A DNA stretch of 59,364 bases, the filler included. It is 4 parts of 4 records of this genome, joined end to end, with 100 filler letters (N's around TTAATTAATTAA, not from the genome) between each part and the next. Parts side by side here need not be neighbours in the genome. Positions count along the whole stretch, not along the records: positions 1 to 30,508 come from DRR723986_5536; 3 more parts are not named here. One strand, given 5' to 3'. Positions 1-9,207 of the stretch are shown here, one piece after another; within the stretch, counting starts at the first letter, position 1, and the number at the start of each line of letters is the position of its first letter. The notes below the pieces were generated by a model. It was not told the DNA's origin and did not search any database. It saw nothing but the letters and a program-made list of their open reading frames with translations. A program made the translations under genes and the position numbers.

Positions 1-783
1 AACATCCAGAAGGACGGCACCTATTCGGTGGTCCCGCGCATGTGGGGCGGGATGACCTCGTCCAAGGAACTGCGGGCGATTGCCGATGTGGTCGACAAGT
101 TCAACATTCCGGCGGTGAAATGCACCGGTGGCCAGCGCATCGACATGCTTGGCATCAGGAAGGAAGACCTGCCGGCAGTCTGGGCGGACCTCGGCAAGGC
201 CGGGTTCGTTTCCGGGCAGGCCTACGCCAAGGGTCTCAGGACCGTGAAGACCTGCGTCGGCACGGACTGGTGCCGGTTCGGCACGCAGGATTCCACCGGT
301 CTCGGCATCAAGCTGGAAAAGTTCATGTGGGGCTCATGGACCCCGGCGAAGTTGAAGATGGCGGTGTCCGGCTGCCCGCGAAACTGCGCGGAAGCAACTT
401 GCAAGGATATCGGCATCATCTGCGTCGACAGCGGTTACGAGATCCATTTCGCCGGAGCTGCCGGTCTCGACATCAAGGGCACGGAAGTTCTGGGCCTGGT
501 GAAGACCGAGGACGAGGCGATCGAGCATGTTGCTGCGCTCACCCAGATGTACCGCGAGCAGGGCCACTACCTGGAGCGGATCTACAAGTGGGCAAAACGC
601 ATAGGTCTGGAGGAGATCCGTCGCCAGATCATGGACGATGAGGCGATGCGCGTGGCGTATTTTGACCGTTTCGTCTTCTCCCAGAAATTCGCCCAGGTCG
701 ACCCATGGTCGGAGCGTGTCTCCGGCAAGGACAAGCATGAATTCAAGCCGATGGCTGTTCTGACGAAGGAGGCTGCCGAATGA
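1..783 (+). CDS. nirB: NAD(P)H-dependent assimilatory nitrite reductase large subunit, C-terminal part (5' truncated by window)
   Basis: Frame is open from base 1 (NIQKDGTYSVVPR). Siroheme/[4Fe-4S] ligand motifs KTCVGTDWCRFG and SGCPRNC are present. ATGA overlap with nirD. Confidence 0.95.
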   Translation, partial: NIQKDGTYSVVPRMWGGMTSSKELRAIADVVDKFNIPAVKCTGGQRIDMLGIRKEDLPAVWADLGKAGFVSGQAYAKGLRTVKTCVGTDWCRFGTQDSTGLGIKLEKFMWGSWTPAKLKMAVSGCPRNCAEATCKDIGIICVDSGYEIHFAGAAGLDIKGTEVLGLVKTEDEAIEHVAALTQMYREQGHYLERIYKWAKRIGLEEIRRQIMDDEAMRVAYFDRFVFSQKFAQVDPWSERVSGKDKHEFKPMAVLTKEAAE

Positions 784-1121
784 CTGCCGACATCCGTAAC
801 TGGGTCCATATCGGCACCCTTGAAGACATTCCCAGGGAGGGAGCGCGGTGCGTGAAGAATGGCGAAATGACCATCGCCATCTTCCGCACCGCCAAGGACG
901 ACGTCTTTGCGCTGGAAGACAAGTGCCCGCACAAGAACGGGCCTCTCAGTCAGGGCATTGTGCATGACGGATGTGTGACCTGCCCGTTGCACAACTGGGT
1001 GATCTCCCTGGAAACGGGAGCCGCGCAAGGAGCTGACGAAGGCCGCACGGCAGCTTTTCCCGTCCGGCTGGAGGACGGCCGGATTCTTATCGACCTTTCC
1101 TATTCCCACGAAGCCGTCTGA
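780..1121 (+). CDS. nirD: Nitrite reductase small subunit (Rieske-type ferredoxin)
   Basis: Rieske motifs CPHKNG and CPLHNW; directly follows nirB. Confidence 0.93.
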   Translation: MTADIRNWVHIGTLEDIPREGARCVKNGEMTIAIFRTAKDDVFALEDKCPHKNGPLSQGIVHDGCVTCPLHNWVISLETGAAQGADEGRTAAFPVRLEDGRILIDLSYSHEAV

Positions 1122-1152
1122 CCGGCCGAGCACTCTCGCGAAAGGAATTCAG

Positions 1153-1998
1153 ATGTCATATGTAACGCCACAGGAATTTGCCACCAAGATGATCGACGCC
1201 GGTGAAGCGAAGATCTTCATGTCCACAAAGGACACGCTCATCCGGGCCTATATGGCAGGCGCCATCCTTGCCCTTGCAGCCGCCTTCGCCGTGACCATCG
1301 CCGTCAATACCGGCAATTTCCTGGTCGCCTCGATCCTGTTCCCGGTCGGCTTCTGCATGCTCTATCTGCTGGGCTTCGACCTTCTGACGGGCGTGTTCAC
1401 GCTGGCGCCGCTGGCGGTGATCGCTAAACGTCCGGGCTGCACCTGGGGCGGTGTGTTCCGGAACTGGGGCCTGGTCTTTACCGGCAACTTTGCAGGTGCC
1501 CTGACCACGGCGGTCTTCATGGCGATCATCTTCACCATGGGTTTCAGCCAGGAACCGAACGCCGTCGGTCAGAAGATTGGCCAGATCGGTGAAACCCGGA
1601 CGCTCGGCTATGCCGCCGCCGGCTGGGCGGGGCTGCTGACGGTCTTCATTCGCGCAGTGATGTGCAACTGGATGGTTTCGACCGGTGTCGTGGCCGCGAT
1701 GATGTCGAACTCTGTTTCCGGCAAGATCATGGCGATGTGGATGCCGATCCTGGTGTTCTTCTATCTCGGCTTCGAGCACTCCATCGTGAACATGTTCCTG
1801 TTCCCGTCCGGCATCATGCTCGGCGGCAACTTCACCTGGTTCGACTACTTTGCCTACAACGAAATTCCGGTTGTTGTCGGCAATCTGGTCGGCGGGCTGA
1901 CCTTCGTCGGCGGCATGATCTACGCCACCCACTACAAGACGTCGCCATCCCGAAAGGCAGGCTACGAAAAGGCGCCGATCGCAGCGCCAGCCGAATAA
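1153..1998 (+). CDS. Formate/nitrite transporter (FNT) family channel, probably for nitrite and/or cyanate
   Basis: Hydrophobic 281-aa protein with FNT signatures (LFPVGF, DLLTG, CNWMV, GFEHSIVNM, GNLVGG). RBS AAGGA upstream. Confidence 0.92.
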   Translation: MSYVTPQEFATKMIDAGEAKIFMSTKDTLIRAYMAGAILALAAAFAVTIAVNTGNFLVASILFPVGFCMLYLLGFDLLTGVFTLAPLAVIAKRPGCTWGGVFRNWGLVFTGNFAGALTTAVFMAIIFTMGFSQEPNAVGQKIGQIGETRTLGYAAAGWAGLLTVFIRAVMCNWMVSTGVVAAMMSNSVSGKIMAMWMPILVFFYLGFEHSIVNMFLFPSGIMLGGNFTWFDYFAYNEIPVVVGNLVGGLTFVGGMIYATHYKTSPSRKAGYEKAPIAAPAE

Positions 1999-2005
1999 GT
2001 GTGAA

Positions 2006-2037
2006 GCTCCGCCGTCACTGGCGGCGGAGCGTCTTTT
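2006..2037 (+). terminator. Stem-loop with short T tract inside the nas cluster
   Basis: GCTCCGCCGTC-act-GGCGGCGGAGC followed by gtctttt. Confidence 0.5.
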
Positions 2038-2055
2038 CCGGAGGATCCTTTTCCC

Positions 2056-3795
2056 GTGCTGATGCAAGTCCGCCATACCACCTTGAGCGTCGAAACCGGC
2101 CAGTATTCGTCTGCCGGACGGAAAGCCCTGAACCAGGACTTTCATGGCGCCATGGTGCCGGACGGCCCGGCCCTGGTGCACAAGGGCATCGCACTTGCTG
2201 TCGCGGACGGCATTTCCTCCAGTCCGGTTGCGCATGTCGCAGCCGAAACGGCCGTCAAATCCTTTCTCTCCGATTACTATTGCACCTCTGAAGCCTGGAC
2301 AGTGAAGACCTCTGCCGTCCGGGTGATCTCTGCCGCCAATTCCTGGCTTTTCAGCCAGACGAAACAGGTCGACGATCTCGACAGGGGCCATGTCTGCACC
2401 TTTTCTGCCCTGGTGCTGAAGGGGCGCAAGGCACATCTCTTCCACGTCGGTGACAGCCGCATCTGGCGTCTTTCCGGCCAGAGCCTGGAACAGCTGACGG
2501 AAGACCACACTGTCCGGATTTCCGATCAGGAGAGTTATCTCGGCAGGGCTCTGGGGGTCGGGCAATCTGTCGATATCGATTATGCCGTGTTCGATCTTCG
2601 TCCGGGCGATCTGTTTGTCCTGACGACGGATGGCGTCCATGGCTTCTTGCGGGCGAAGGACATGGCCGACGCCGTGCTGGCTGGCGAAGTTCTCGACCAG
2701 ACAGCCAGGACACTTGTCGAAAAGGCGCTGGCTGCAGGCAGCGACGATAATCTGACCGTTCAGATCGTGCGGGTGATCGACATCGCGGAACCCGGTGCAG
2801 ATGATCTCCTGAACGGGGAAGGCACCTTGCCACCGGCGCCGCTGCCGAAGGTGCCTGGCACCCATGAGGGGTTCCGTTTGATGCGCGGCCTGCACGCCAC
2901 CAGCCGCAGCCACATCTATCTGGCGGAAAATGAAGAAACCGGCGAACCGGTGGCGCTCAAGTTTCCGTCGCTCGATTTGCGCGGAGAGGAAGACTATCTG
3001 CGCCGGTTCGCGCTGGAGGAGTGGGTTGCACGCCGGATTTCATCGCCGCATGTGTTGAAGGCTTCCACCTATCCGCAGGGCCGTCAGACGCTTTTTCTGG
3101 CATCGGAGTTTGTCGAAGGCCAGACGCTTCGCCAGTGGATGATCGACAATCCTCACCCCAGCCTTGAGACCGTGCGCGGGGTTCTGGAGCAGGTGGCCAG
3201 GGGATTGATGGCCTTCCACCGCAAGGAAATGGTCCATCAGGACCTGCGGCCGGAAAACATCATGATCGACACGTCCGGCACGGTGAAAATCATCGATTTC
3301 GGGTCGGTGCGGATCGCCGGCGTGATGGAAGCCGCTCCTTCGCTCGACAAGGGTGAGATCCTGGGCACCCACCAATATACCGCGCCAGAGGTGTTTCTCG
3401 GCTACCTCGGGACTGAGTACAGCGACCAGTTTTCGCTTGGTGTGATTGCCTACGAAATGCTGACCGGGCGTTTGCCCTATGGTGCGGCCGTTGCCAGGGC
3501 AACGAGTGAGCGGGCACAGGCTGCACTGCGCTATCGCAGTGCGACAGCTGTCACGGAACGGGTTCCGGACTGGGTCGATGGTGCGCTTTGCCGCGCGGTT
3601 CATCCAGTGCCGGGCAAGCGCTACGAAGCGCTGAGCGCCTTCCTGGAAGATCTTCGCCGCCCGAACCCGGCCTTCAGTTCAGATCGTTTTGTTCCTCTGG
3701 CGGAACGGGATCCGGTCCGTTTCTGGCAGATCGTCTCTGCTGTTCTCGCGGTGCTCTGCGCCATCCTCTTGTTTCAACTCTTCGGTAATTCATAG
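2056..3795 (+). CDS. Bifunctional PP2C-type phosphatase / Hanks-type Ser/Thr kinase with C-terminal membrane anchor
   Basis: PP2C motifs VADG, HVGDSR, LTEDH, LTTDG, GSDDNLT. Kinase motifs VALK, HQDLRPEN, DFG, YTAPE, SDQFSLG. Terminal hydrophobic helix FWQIVSAVLAVLCAILLFQLF. Confidence 0.93.
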   Translation: MLMQVRHTTLSVETGQYSSAGRKALNQDFHGAMVPDGPALVHKGIALAVADGISSSPVAHVAAETAVKSFLSDYYCTSEAWTVKTSAVRVISAANSWLFSQTKQVDDLDRGHVCTFSALVLKGRKAHLFHVGDSRIWRLSGQSLEQLTEDHTVRISDQESYLGRALGVGQSVDIDYAVFDLRPGDLFVLTTDGVHGFLRAKDMADAVLAGEVLDQTARTLVEKALAAGSDDNLTVQIVRVIDIAEPGADDLLNGEGTLPPAPLPKVPGTHEGFRLMRGLHATSRSHIYLAENEETGEPVALKFPSLDLRGEEDYLRRFALEEWVARRISSPHVLKASTYPQGRQTLFLASEFVEGQTLRQWMIDNPHPSLETVRGVLEQVARGLMAFHRKEMVHQDLRPENIMIDTSGTVKIIDFGSVRIAGVMEAAPSLDKGEILGTHQYTAPEVFLGYLGTEYSDQFSLGVIAYEMLTGRLPYGAAVARATSERAQAALRYRSATAVTERVPDWVDGALCRAVHPVPGKRYEALSAFLEDLRRPNPAFSSDRFVPLAERDPVRFWQIVSAVLAVLCAILLFQLFGNS

Positions 3796-3804
3796 GAGAT
3801 TTTC

Positions 3805-4254
3805 ATGTCCGCTCTTACCCGCGAAGACGTTACCAGCATGATCCTGTCGGCGAAGCGCCAGGCGGGGCTCACATGGGAAGGCATTGCCGAAGCGATCGGC
3901 ATGTCGCCTGTCTGGACCCATTCGGCGGCCATGGGCATGAACGCCATGCCGGAAGACAAGGCAAAGGCAATCACGGAGACACTCGGTCTGCCGCAGGAAG
4001 CGGCTCTGGTACTGCAGGAGAGCCCCACAAAGATCTGGTCGCAGACCGTGCCGACGGATCCGTGCATCTACCGTCTTTATGAAATCGTCGGCGTCTACGG
4101 ACCGACAATCAAGGCTTTGATCCATGAGAAATTCGGCGACGGCATCATGTCCGCCATCGATTTCGACATGTCGGTAACCCGTGTTGAGAACCCCAAGGGA
4201 GACCGGGTGAAAATCGAGATGTCGGGCAAATACCTTGGCTACAACGCCTGGTAA
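3805..4254 (+). CDS. cynS: Cyanate hydratase (cyanase)
   Basis: PTDPCIYRLYE and GDGIMSAIDF cyanase motifs, N-terminal HTH-like region, RBS AGGAG. Confidence 0.96.
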   Translation: MSALTREDVTSMILSAKRQAGLTWEGIAEAIGMSPVWTHSAAMGMNAMPEDKAKAITETLGLPQEAALVLQESPTKIWSQTVPTDPCIYRLYEIVGVYGPTIKALIHEKFGDGIMSAIDFDMSVTRVENPKGDRVKIEMSGKYLGYNAW

Positions 4255-4276
4255 ATCAAGAACCGGGATTGATGGC

Positions 4277-6958
4277 ATGACCGAACAAGAAAAAACAATC
4301 CGGACCACCTGTCCCTATTGCGGTGTCGGCTGCGGCGTCCTCGCGACCCGGCATCCGGACGGGACGGTGACTGTTGCAGGTGACCCCAACCACCCATCCA
4401 ATTTCGGCCGGCTGTGTTCCAAGGGGTCGGCCCTTGGAGAAACGCTTTCGCTGGATGACAGACTGCTCTATCCGGAAATCGACGGCGAACGCGCCAACTG
4501 GAATGACGCGCTCGATCTTGTCGCGCGCAACTTTCAGGATGCCATTCGGGAACATGGACCAGATAGCGTTGCGTTTTATGTGTCCGGCCAAATCCTGACC
4601 GAAGACTATTACGTCGCCAACAAACTGATGAAAGGGTTCATCGGTTCGGCGAATATCGACACCAATTCCCGTCTTTGCATGGCATCTTCCGTTGCCGGGC
4701 ACCGCAGGGCATTCGGCTCGGACACGGTTCCGGGAACCTATGAAGATCTTGAACTGGCAGACCTTGTTGTGCTGGTCGGCTCCAATCTCGCCTGGTGTCA
4801 TCCGGTCCTGTTCCAGCGTCTCGAAGCGGCCAAGGCTGCCAACCCGGCGTTGCGGGTGGTCGTAGTGGACCCGCGCAAGACAGCGACCTGCGCCATCGCC
4901 GATCTGCACCTGCAATTGAAACCTGATACGGACGTTGCCCTCTTTAACGGGCTGCTCGCCTTTCTGGCGGAAGCGTTTGTCGTGAATGACAGCTATGTCA
5001 ATCGCTTTACTCAAGGACTTGAGAAGGCAGTTGAGGTTGCAGGGCCCTGCGAGATCGGCCAGATCGCCGAAAAGACCGGCCTGTCACGTCAGGATATCGC
5101 ACTCTTCTACAAGATGTTTGCCCGGACGGAAAAGACGGTCACCGTCTATAGCCAGGGTGTCAACCAGTCGGTCGTCGGGACTGACAAGGTCAATTCCATC
5201 GTTAACACACATCTGGCAACTGGACGGATCGGAAAGCCCGGCATGGGCCCTTTTTCCGTCACGGGTCAGCCGAACGCCATGGGCGGCCGGGAAGTCGGCG
5301 GACTGGCCAATATGCTCGCCGGTCACATGGCTTTGGAAAATGCCGAGCACCGCGGGATCGTGCAGGACTTCTGGCAAAGCCCGGTCGTGGCTGATCGGTC
5401 CGGCTTGAAAGCTGTTGAGCTTTTCAAGGCCGTGCGGGAAGGCCGGATCAAGGCGCTCTGGATCATGGCGACAAGCCCGGTGGACAGCCTGCCGGATGCA
5501 GATGGCGTGGCAGAAGCCCTGGAAGCATGTCCCTTTGTTGTCGTTTCGGAAGTAACGCGGGCAGCCGACACGGTTCCCTATGCGAACGTGTTGCTGCCTG
5601 CAGCCGCATGGGGTGAAAAAGACGGGACGGTTACCAACTCCGAGCGCCGGATCTCAAGACAGCGCGCCTTCCTGGAGCTTCCCGGTGAGGTTCGCCCCGA
5701 CTGGTGGCACCTGAGCGAAGTCGCAAGGCGCATGGGCTTTGCCGGGGCCTTTTCCTATGAAGGGGCTGCGGCGATTTTCCGTGAGCATGCGGAGCTTTCC
5801 GGTTATCGGAACGAAGGCAGCCGGGATTTCAATATTGGTGCTTACCGGGACGTGTCCGATGCCGATTTCGATGCCATGGAACCCTTTCAGTGGCCGCAGC
5901 CGGCGGGGGCACTACCAGCTGATACGAGGTTCTTTGCCGGAGGAGGGTTTTTTACCGAAAGCGGCAAGGGGCAGTTCGTGCCGGTCGTTTTCAAGGCACC
6001 GCGGCAAACAGAGCGCCGCTATCCGTTCTCCCTGAATACGGGCCGAATCCGCGATCAGTGGCACACCATGACGCGCACCGGCAAGACGCCGCGCCTTACC
6101 GCGCATATTGCCGAACCTTTTGCCGAACTCAACCCGATCGATGCTGAAAAGCTCGGGATCGACCCGGCAGATCTGGTGACGGTGAAAAGCCCATTTGGGG
6201 CCGTAATTGTGCGGGCGTTACTGACAGACCGGGTCGCCCCGGGAGAAGTCTTCGTGCCCATGCATTGGACCGACCAGCTTGCATCGAAAGCTCGCATCGA
6301 TGCGGTCATGGCGCCCGAGACAGACCCCCATTCCGGACAACCAGGATCCAAGTTCACGCCTGTGGCTGTGGCAAAAGCGAAAATGGCCTGGTTCGGTTTT
6401 GCCGTCTTGCGCCAGCGACCGGAGAAGATCGCTGCCGACTACTGGGCCCTTGCTCCTGTTCCTGGCGGTTACCGGCTTGAGTTCGCGGCGAAATCAGATG
6501 CCGATTTCGCGGAAACCGCAGCTACGTTGACCTCGTCCAGCAACGAGACGACCGATATATCGGACGGTGCCGCTGGCTGGAGACGTTTGGCTGAGTGGCG
6601 GGACGATGTGCTGCAGGCAGCGTTCTTCTTTTCCGCATCCCCGGTGGAAGTTTCGCGCCAATGGGCTTGTGGGCTGCTGGGTGAGGGGCCCGTTTCGCCG
6701 CAGGAGCGGGCACGGGTTCTTGCCGGACGGGTGCCGGCAGACAGGCCTGATCCGGGAGCACTGGTCTGCTCCTGCTTCCAGATCGGCTGCAACCAGATTG
6801 CCGAAGCCGCACGCTGCGGTGCGACAAGTGTAGGTGCAATCGGTGAAACACTGAAAGCCGGCACGAATTGCGGCTCCTGCCGCTCGGAAATCCAGACGCT
6901 TCTCGATGAAATTGCAAAGGAAAGCCTCGATGATGCCGACATTGCGCAAGCCAGCTGA
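4277..6958 (+). CDS. nasA: Assimilatory nitrate reductase catalytic subunit (Mo-bisPGD)
   Basis: N-terminal CPYCGVGC...LC [4Fe-4S] motif, NSRLCM, GQPNAMGGRE, LNTGRIRDQWHTM, and a C-terminal BFD-like CSC...CGSC. Start moved to the ATG at 4277. Confidence 0.95.
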   Translation: MTEQEKTIRTTCPYCGVGCGVLATRHPDGTVTVAGDPNHPSNFGRLCSKGSALGETLSLDDRLLYPEIDGERANWNDALDLVARNFQDAIREHGPDSVAFYVSGQILTEDYYVANKLMKGFIGSANIDTNSRLCMASSVAGHRRAFGSDTVPGTYEDLELADLVVLVGSNLAWCHPVLFQRLEAAKAANPALRVVVVDPRKTATCAIADLHLQLKPDTDVALFNGLLAFLAEAFVVNDSYVNRFTQGLEKAVEVAGPCEIGQIAEKTGLSRQDIALFYKMFARTEKTVTVYSQGVNQSVVGTDKVNSIVNTHLATGRIGKPGMGPFSVTGQPNAMGGREVGGLANMLAGHMALENAEHRGIVQDFWQSPVVADRSGLKAVELFKAVREGRIKALWIMATSPVDSLPDADGVAEALEACPFVVVSEVTRAADTVPYANVLLPAAAWGEKDGTVTNSERRISRQRAFLELPGEVRPDWWHLSEVARRMGFAGAFSYEGAAAIFREHAELSGYRNEGSRDFNIGAYRDVSDADFDAMEPFQWPQPAGALPADTRFFAGGGFFTESGKGQFVPVVFKAPRQTERRYPFSLNTGRIRDQWHTMTRTGKTPRLTAHIAEPFAELNPIDAEKLGIDPADLVTVKSPFGAVIVRALLTDRVAPGEVFVPMHWTDQLASKARIDAVMAPETDPHSGQPGSKFTPVAVAKAKMAWFGFAVLRQRPEKIAADYWALAPVPGGYRLEFAAKSDADFAETAATLTSSSNETTDISDGAAGWRRLAEWRDDVLQAAFFFSASPVEVSRQWACGLLGEGPVSPQERARVLAGRVPADRPDPGALVCSCFQIGCNQIAEAARCGATSVGAIGETLKAGTNCGSCRSEIQTLLDEIAKESLDDADIAQAS

Positions 6959-8477
6959 GGTAAAGCGCCGGAGCCGTCCGGCACGCGTGGGGGCTCTTGC
7001 AAGCCTGCCGCTGTTCTTTCCGCTTGAAGGAAGAAAAGTCCTGCTGGCAGGCGGCACGGAAGCTGCCGCCTGGAAGGCGGAGCTGCTGGCTGCTGCCGGG
7101 GCAGACGTGCATGTTCATGCACAGGAGCTGGAGCCGGCTTTCGAGGCACTTCTTGCGGCCGGCAGCATCAAGGGGCGTTTCATACATCACCGGTCCTGCT
7201 GGTCGCAGCAAGGCTTCGAGGGCGCAGCCCTTGCGATTGCCGATGCAGAGAGTGACGAAGAAGCAGAAGCGTTTGTTTTGGCCGCGCGGCGCACGGGAGT
7301 TCCGGTCAATGTGATCGATAACCCCGCCTATTGCGACTTCCAGTTCGGGTCCATCGTCAACCGGTCACCGGTCGTGATCGGAATCTCGACCAATGGGGTC
7401 GCGCCGATCCTTGGCCAGGCGATCCGACGGCGGATCGAGACGCTGATGCCTGAAAGTCTGCAAGGATGGGCGCAGCTGGCAAGCCGTTTGCGGGAAAAGA
7501 CGCTTTCCCTGCTGGACGCAGGGGCACAGCGGCGCCGGTTCTGGGAGCGGATCTCCGAACTTGCCTTCTCGGGCAGTTCGGCGCCTGAAGAGGAAGAACA
7601 TCTCGCCGAAGTACTTCTGGAGGACGCGAGGACGTCTGCTGCAGGCAAAGTCACCCTTGTGGGTGCAGGGCCGGGCGATGCCGAATATCTGACACTGAAA
7701 GCCGTGCGTGCGCTGCAATCGGCTGATGTCATCCTCTTCGATGATCTGGTCGATGACGCGGTTCTCGAACTTGCGCGTCGAGAAGCCAGGCGGATGCTGG
7801 TCGGAAAAAGAGGCGGTCGGGAAAGTTGCCGCCAGGAAGACATCAACGACATGATGGTTTCGCTGGCACGTCAGGGCAGACACGTGGTGCGGCTCAAATG
7901 CGGAGATCCGATGATCTTCGGTCGTGGTGGTGAGGAGCTCGACCGTCTTGCTGCCGAAGGCATCCCGGCAACCGTTGTTCCCGGCATCACTGCGGCTTCT
8001 GCCATGGCGGCACGCCTGGGCGTTTCCCTGACGCACCGTGACCATGCTCAGTCGGTCAGGTTCGTCACTGGCCACTCGCGCAAGGGAGATTTGCCGGAAA
8101 CCGTAGATTGGGCTGCGCTCACCGACCCAGCCACCACGACCGTTTTCTACATGGGGGCGCGCATGGCCGGCCGTATCAGAGACCGGCTTGTTGCCGAGGG
8201 TTTGTCCGCAACGACCCCCGTCGTTGCCGTTTCGGGAATATCCCGCACCGACGAAAAGAGTTGGTCGGGAACACTGGACGAACTTGAACGCGGTGTCGAT
8301 TTGCTCGGACTGGAAGGTCCGGTCCTCATCGGAGTGGGGCAGGTCTTCCGGGCAGCAGGCCGTCAGGCCGGGCAAGGTGAAGGATTTGAATTCCATCAGG
8401 TCTTCTCTGTGCGAGGGGAAATAGCCGGAGCTGAAAATCGAGGCATTCGGACACTTGGCAAATCTGCAGCTATTTGA
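6930..8477 (+). CDS. cysG: Siroheme synthase (dehydrogenase/ferrochelatase + uroporphyrinogen-III methyltransferase)
   Basis: N-terminal LPLF...VNVIDNP...DF domain plus methyltransferase motifs VGAGPGD, LKCGDPMIFGRGGEE, VPGITAA. Start uncertain (6906/6930/6933). Confidence 0.93.
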   Translation: MMPTLRKPAEVKRRSRPARVGALASLPLFFPLEGRKVLLAGGTEAAAWKAELLAAAGADVHVHAQELEPAFEALLAAGSIKGRFIHHRSCWSQQGFEGAALAIADAESDEEAEAFVLAARRTGVPVNVIDNPAYCDFQFGSIVNRSPVVIGISTNGVAPILGQAIRRRIETLMPESLQGWAQLASRLREKTLSLLDAGAQRRRFWERISELAFSGSSAPEEEEHLAEVLLEDARTSAAGKVTLVGAGPGDAEYLTLKAVRALQSADVILFDDLVDDAVLELARREARRMLVGKRGGRESCRQEDINDMMVSLARQGRHVVRLKCGDPMIFGRGGEELDRLAAEGIPATVVPGITAASAMAARLGVSLTHRDHAQSVRFVTGHSRKGDLPETVDWAALTDPATTTVFYMGARMAGRIRDRLVAEGLSATTPVVAVSGISRTDEKSWSGTLDELERGVDLLGLEGPVLIGVGQVFRAAGRQAGQGEGFEFHQVFSVRGEIAGAENRGIRTLGKSAAI

Positions 8478-8517
8478 TTTGTTTGAGCGGCAAATCAGCT
8501 GGTGATCCGAAGCACTG

Positions 8518-9207
8518 ATGAATCGTTCCGAACAAATTTGCGCAGCCCTGCGCAGTGCCATCCTTGAGCGTGCCCTGTTACCGGGCATGAAACTGCCGGA
8601 AGATTCGCTGGGTGAGCGTTTCGGGTCGAGCCGGACGATCGTGCGCCAGGCACTGGAACGGCTCGCAGCGGAAGGCCTTGTCGAACTGCGGCGGAACAGG
8701 GGAGCCGTTGTCGCAACCCCCAGCCTGGAAGAGGCGCGGGATCTGTTTGATCTGCGATGCCAGATCGAAGACCTCGTGGTGTCCCGGCTGAGCGCTGAAT
8801 TCTCCCAGAAGCACCTTGATGCGCTGAATGCGCATCTCGACAAGGAAATTGCCGCTGAAAAGGGACCTGAGCCTGTCTCCATCCGGCTTGCCACGGAATT
8901 CCACATTCTCATGGCGCAGCTCACGGAAAGTCCGGTTCTGATCCGCTACGTGGAAGACGTCGGCTATAGATGCGGGTTGACGCTGGCGCTTTACTCGCGG
9001 CCGCATTCCACTGATTGCGGGATCCAGGAGCACCGGGAAATTATTGATGCTCTTTCCAAGGGCGATGAGGATCGGGCCAGGGATCTCATGCGACACCACC
9101 TGGGGGCCGTGGCTGACCGGGCGCTGATCAAGCCCGAAAACAAGGGGCAGGGCATCTATCTCGATGCCCTGGAACCTTATGTTCGCGCCGTTCGAGGAGA
9201 CGACTAG
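8518..9207 (+). CDS. GntR family (FCD domain) transcriptional regulator
   Basis: wHTH LPEDSLGERFGSSRTIVRQAL and FCD motifs EFH, EHREII, MRHHL. Confidence 0.92.
   Translation: MNRSEQICAALRSAILERALLPGMKLPEDSLGERFGSSRTIVRQALERLAAEGLVELRRNRGAVVATPSLEEARDLFDLRCQIEDLVVSRLSAEFSQKHLDALNAHLDKEIAAEKGPEPVSIRLATEFHILMAQLTESPVLIRYVEDVGYRCGLTLALYSRPHSTDCGIQEHREIIDALSKGDEDRARDLMRHHLGAVADRALIKPENKGQGIYLDALEPYVRAVRGDD

Noticed and set aside
6930-8477. CysG as the obvious substrate of the neighbouring kinase (enteric CysG is known to be Ser-phosphorylated)
   Set aside because: The corresponding loop here reads ISTNGVAP and I cannot confirm by eye that the phospho-Ser is conserved; left as untested speculation.
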